Shown here: positions 59,581 through 64,000 of the stretch, piece after piece
Layout of the letters: every line of letters starts with the position of its first letter
Position numbering within the stretch: position 1 is the stretch's first letter
Assembly (NCBI GenBank): GCA_965655095.1
Contig: OZ296656.1
Location: forward strand, 62,620,001-62,684,000
Length of the DNA stretch: 64,000 nucleotides
Reading direction: 5' to 3'
Source of the DNA: Haplodiscus bocki
Taxonomy: Eukaryota
Notes under the pieces: generated by a model
The model's database searches: none
What the model was told of the DNA's origin: nothing
The model's input: only the letters and a program-made list of their open reading frames with translations
Program-made: the position numbers and the translations under genes

Positions 59581-62500
59581 CTCTCAGATGCTCCTCAGAG
59601 CCTGATACCCCAGCACAGTAGGCTCAGAGCAGCCACAAAATTGGACGCTTGCACCTTCAGAGAGGCAGAGACAGTTTTATTTTGGTGACTGGACTCATGC
59701 TGCAAGGTAGTTTTTTGATGTGCATGACCATCTCCCTAACAACTATATTCTAAGAGGATGGATTTTGACACAAGGTGACTTGATGGCAGACTTGAAGTCC
59801 AATAATTTGGTCGGCAGAGATCATCATTAGGACAAATTGATTGCAGCATTCCATGGATACGAAAAAAAATGCCGAAATTTCCGATTAGGTTAATGGGTAA
59901 ATTTGAACTTTAACAGTGGGAATTGAGTTGAGTAAGAATGAAAGATAGATGTCATTCAGATTAGTCACATGTGAATGAGCCTGTTTTATTCACCAAGGTA
60001 AAAGCAGTGCTTAACCAACCGATGTTTTAGTTGACACTACGAGCAGGTATTGTTCAGCCACACCAGTCAATTTCATGTTTGAGGAAGTTCAAGAGCAATG
60101 GAAAAATTGTCTAATATGTTGATGTCTTCTTCTGTAGATATTGAGATCTTGCAGCCACACGAACTGACACAAAGGCGAAGTACTATTAAAGTTGTGATCT
60201 TCACTAGAAACGTGTTTTATGCGACAAAAATTGCATATACTTCAAGTCACCATTCACATGAGACGGAACTTCTGATATGAAAAGAACAGCTTTCAGTTGA
60301 ATACAAAGAATTAAAGATAGAAAAAAGCGTGGACCGATCATTAACGAAAGCCATTTTACGACCAGGTCTTACACCAATAGCAAGTGCTTGGCGTTGGAAC
60401 CAAGGAAAGGCGATGGAGCAGTTTTCAGATACTTTCCTGAGACATAAAGCAGATCTAAGTAGATGTATTTTATTGAAACATGGGATTGAAGCAGTTTTTT
60501 TACACTAAGCCTCAACGTGAAAGAGCAAGGAAATTGACAAGATATGAGGCAGAGAAAACCAGGCGAGATTACATCACTTGCTTGTTTTGGGCATGATAGG
60601 ACTGCCAAGATCGCCTAGGGCAATTGGTGAAGTAATGCAGGAAAAGAAATAAAAGATATGCTTTATGCTTTTCTGTTGTATCTTGAGGAATCCTAATCAT
60701 GTTACCGCTGAAGACGCCTCACCCCTGCCATGCATCAACAAAAACCGACCAGTACTAGGCAGAACAGATCACTTCACCAGCTTATACCTAGCCTCAGCAT
60801 TCGAGTGAATTCTTTTTGAAGTAAAACCATGAATTTCGGATAACCGCTTTCCCTTGTGAGATTGGTTTGTTCGAGTCGCAAAGGATTTCCTTTGGTCTTT
60901 GTAGTGCAACTGCTACGTTCCAACGCGTGATGAACAAAACCTTAGCTTCCGTTGAACAAAGAACAGATAGCTTGTGATTGTGCTGGATAAATGACGGCTT
61001 AATCGCTACTGAAATGGTTGAAGAGCACAAGATACGATTGCGAGATGTCTTCCATTGCGTTAGATTTGCCGAATTTAGGTCTAAGTCATCGAAGTTCTAC
61101 TTCATCAAAAGAAAACCCATGTCATCGGCCAATGAAACCTTCCCAAGAAGGACGGTGCTAAAGAACTCCAGGATCTGGCAGCCTCAGAAAACAAGCACCA
61201 TTATTAAGATTTTTCGGTTTGGCCAAATCCCACCGCCAATTTATCCCATGTTGTTCCTCATGGAAAACATGGTAATGTCTATCAATTTGAGGAAATTCAG
61301 CTTGCTCTGAGCAAATCAGAGAAGACTTGCTGAATGCAATAGCATTAGCACAGCCAACGGTTGAGCGGTTGTTGTGGAGTCATGCAAAAATTGTTGGTTT
61401 ATCTCTCTTCCGTCATCAAGATCAAAACGGGATCTGTATGTATGTGCGACAAATTTCATGTTCCATCACCTTTCACTTTAATGTTCGGCAGATGAAGCAT
61501 GCATAGTCGAAACTATAAACTTTGGCTGCTGTCACAGAAATCAGAACGTTCACAGCATTTTGAGCCCCCAAAACATTACTCTCACAATAGAAATTCAGCG
61601 TTGTTGTGACTAGAGACATACTTTTCTGATGAAAAAATCAATGGATTAATCCATGATTAAGTTGCGAGACTAAAAGGTCAATAAAATGGACATAAAACAC
61701 AAGAACTTTGCCTCTTGTGAAGGCCGATGACTTTAGCACACGAGCCCATCATTACGTTCCGCAATCGTCTGCAATCGCGGGGCACACATGGCTAACAAGA
61801 AACCGAATTTCATTTTCCTTCACGAGAACGCAAACGGATCTGTTCCATCTGCGCACTGAGCTTATCGAACAAGGCAAGAACAACTGGGTTCGTTACACCA
61901 AGTTACTGTCGCCTCCAAGTACAGAGAAACTTTCACAATCGACGAACTCAGTTATTTCAAAGCGAAACGAATAGAGAGATCTGAAGACCCGGAGGGGGTT
62001 TCAAACTGGACTACCCATCCTGCTGCAATACATATGGAGTCATGTAAGCACCGAGGAAACTTCAAGCAGTTGTTTCTGGAACGAACAGCCAAACTGCCGC
62101 AAGGAATCCGAAAAGGTTGAGATATAATTGCAAACCTTGAACAAAAAGTTCAAAATGCTAAATGTCACAACATCCCGACGTTTTCAAAAGTTACAAACAA
62201 TAACAATTTAGAGATGAGCAAGACAATCTATTACCACGAAAAACCTTTAAGTTTATTTTCGAGTTTGGTTCGAAAAAATCACAAAGAAATCAGACATTAT
62301 GAAAAAACAGAGTTTTTGAAAAGACTTCAACAACAAAAAAGCTGGCCATGTTGGCAGAATAAAAGGAGGAAACTGATAGCCGCCTACCCCGCTCGTCAAA
62401 ACAATGAAATCATGCTGACGCTGTACACTATGCATCGAAGAAAACTTTGTCACTGGAACTTGAATTGCACTAATCCAGATTGACCACCTCAAGAGTTGGA

Positions 62501-64000
62501 ACATCAAAACTGGCCGTTTGGGACTCCTAGTGATCATTAACCACTTTTCCAGCAATGTTGGAACGATCGCTTTCCCAACGAGTCAAACTTTTAATCCTGC
62601 AATGTGACAATGAAACACAGCTCACCGCCATTTCGACTCAAGAAGGCATCCGATTGTTTAAAATACTTCAAACGTTCCGCATACCCACGTTATAGTAGCA
62701 CGCCCGAACGGAATTTTTCTTTCTTTACTTATCCTGTACTGCAGTAAAAGATAAAAAAAATAAAACCAGTATCTGGGAAACAACTGCAGGGCCTAAATTA
62801 GCACTTGTCATTCGGTTGAGTTCTCGCGATTTATGCTCATGACGAGATAAGAAAAAACTTTCCACTAGCCTATAATTGCTCGAACTTTCGAAGAATCATC
62901 TACCGTCACATCAACAGTATCATGCCGATCTCCTGCAGAAGGAACAAAGGAGCACAAATTTGATCACTGAAACTCCGCCAAACTCAGCTAAACGAGAATA
63001 AACAGAAAAGACAAGTCTACTAATGTCTCAAAGGAGAACTTAGCTTCGGAGAGGACAAGGTCCTGGTGTTTTTGAAATCTTTCCTAATGGAGGAACAAGA
63101 AAACTGTAAGATGCCTATAGAGGACCTTTATGGTAATCATTAATGCAGGAAAGTTGATAGTAGATTTTGTCCAAGAAACTTAAAGTCCATTTCTACCGCT
63201 TCAAGTCTTTTATGAGATACCTCACAGATTGAAAGATACAACAACAGGAATCAAATAGACAAATCATTTTTATTCCACCTGCGGACGACTCTGTTGAAAT
63301 GATTGCAACTGATTTAGAGGAAAGGGCTTTTCTGAAAGAAGAACCCGTTTCAGGAACCTCAGGTACCGGAACATCCGAGAAGTACGAGGGCAGTCACTGT
63401 TCTTGTTTTCTAATGTCATAAAATCGAAAGAAAAAGGTATCATTCGAAATTTTATGGATACATGCACCTCTTCATTTTTCTCCGATGATTCACTCGACAA
63501 GGATTTTTTCTTGCCTTTAGCCATAGAACTTCTTGGAAAGCTCCGACTATGGTAACATACAAGAGATATCTCGCCTAAACGTCCAGTGAGTCCATAGAAT
63601 ACCAATTTTTCCCCACTGACATCGAGAGCTTTCGTGACTAATACGCAGGGCCATGGGAAAAATAGCCCCACCAATACCGTTTAAAATTATTGCCTAGCTT
63701 TTGCCTCAACGTTTTGCCAAAATCATTAGAGCAAAATGTCCTATACTTCTGCCCCAGAGCAATCTTTTTCGATGAAATCAATATCCCAGCCACTTCATCG
63801 TTGAACGCTAATGCAGAACACGCTCTAGTAGTTCAAGAAGTGAAACTAAAAACTAACGAAGAACTTCGGCCTATCATGGAACTGCTTTTTCGTTCAGCAA
63901 GAAAACTCGCATCCACCACCTTGAAAACCTTGGAGAAATGGAATCATCTTCTATTTATGATTGGAGGATGACTTACTGCAACGCATACCTCAACATAGTC

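Noticed and set aside
63270-63674. 134-aa ORF on the - strand
   Set aside because: No recognisable domain; trial splicing gives an early stop

Overview
AT-rich, repeat-dense eukaryotic (probably invertebrate animal) DNA with three assembly gaps and no securely identifiable host gene. The window is dominated by two full-length, related, convergently oriented Ty3/Gypsy-type LTR retroelements that carry an envelope-like gene. Element 1 (+, 4899-22247, ~2 kb LTRs, CGGA target-site duplication) and element 2 (-, 31205-43756, 518 bp LTRs, TTAC TSD) share gag / -1 frameshift / PR-RT-RH-IN pol / a class III fusogen-like env / a fourth post-env ORF and the PBS core TGGTGCGAC. Element 1 looks like a complex virus-like element with accessory cargo: a TARG1/OARD1-type macrodomain inside Pol, a TRAF-type MATH domain in the post-env ORF, a candidate intron-containing antisense gene, an internal SOX-site-like array, a further unknown ORF, and several arrays of small RNA hairpins. 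Both elements also reiterate their own LTR-end/PBS junction motif internally. Most ORFs in both copies carry stops or frameshifts. The rest of the window is decayed transposon debris, a small MITE and unassignable sequence. All protein family calls are by visual motif recognition, not database search.
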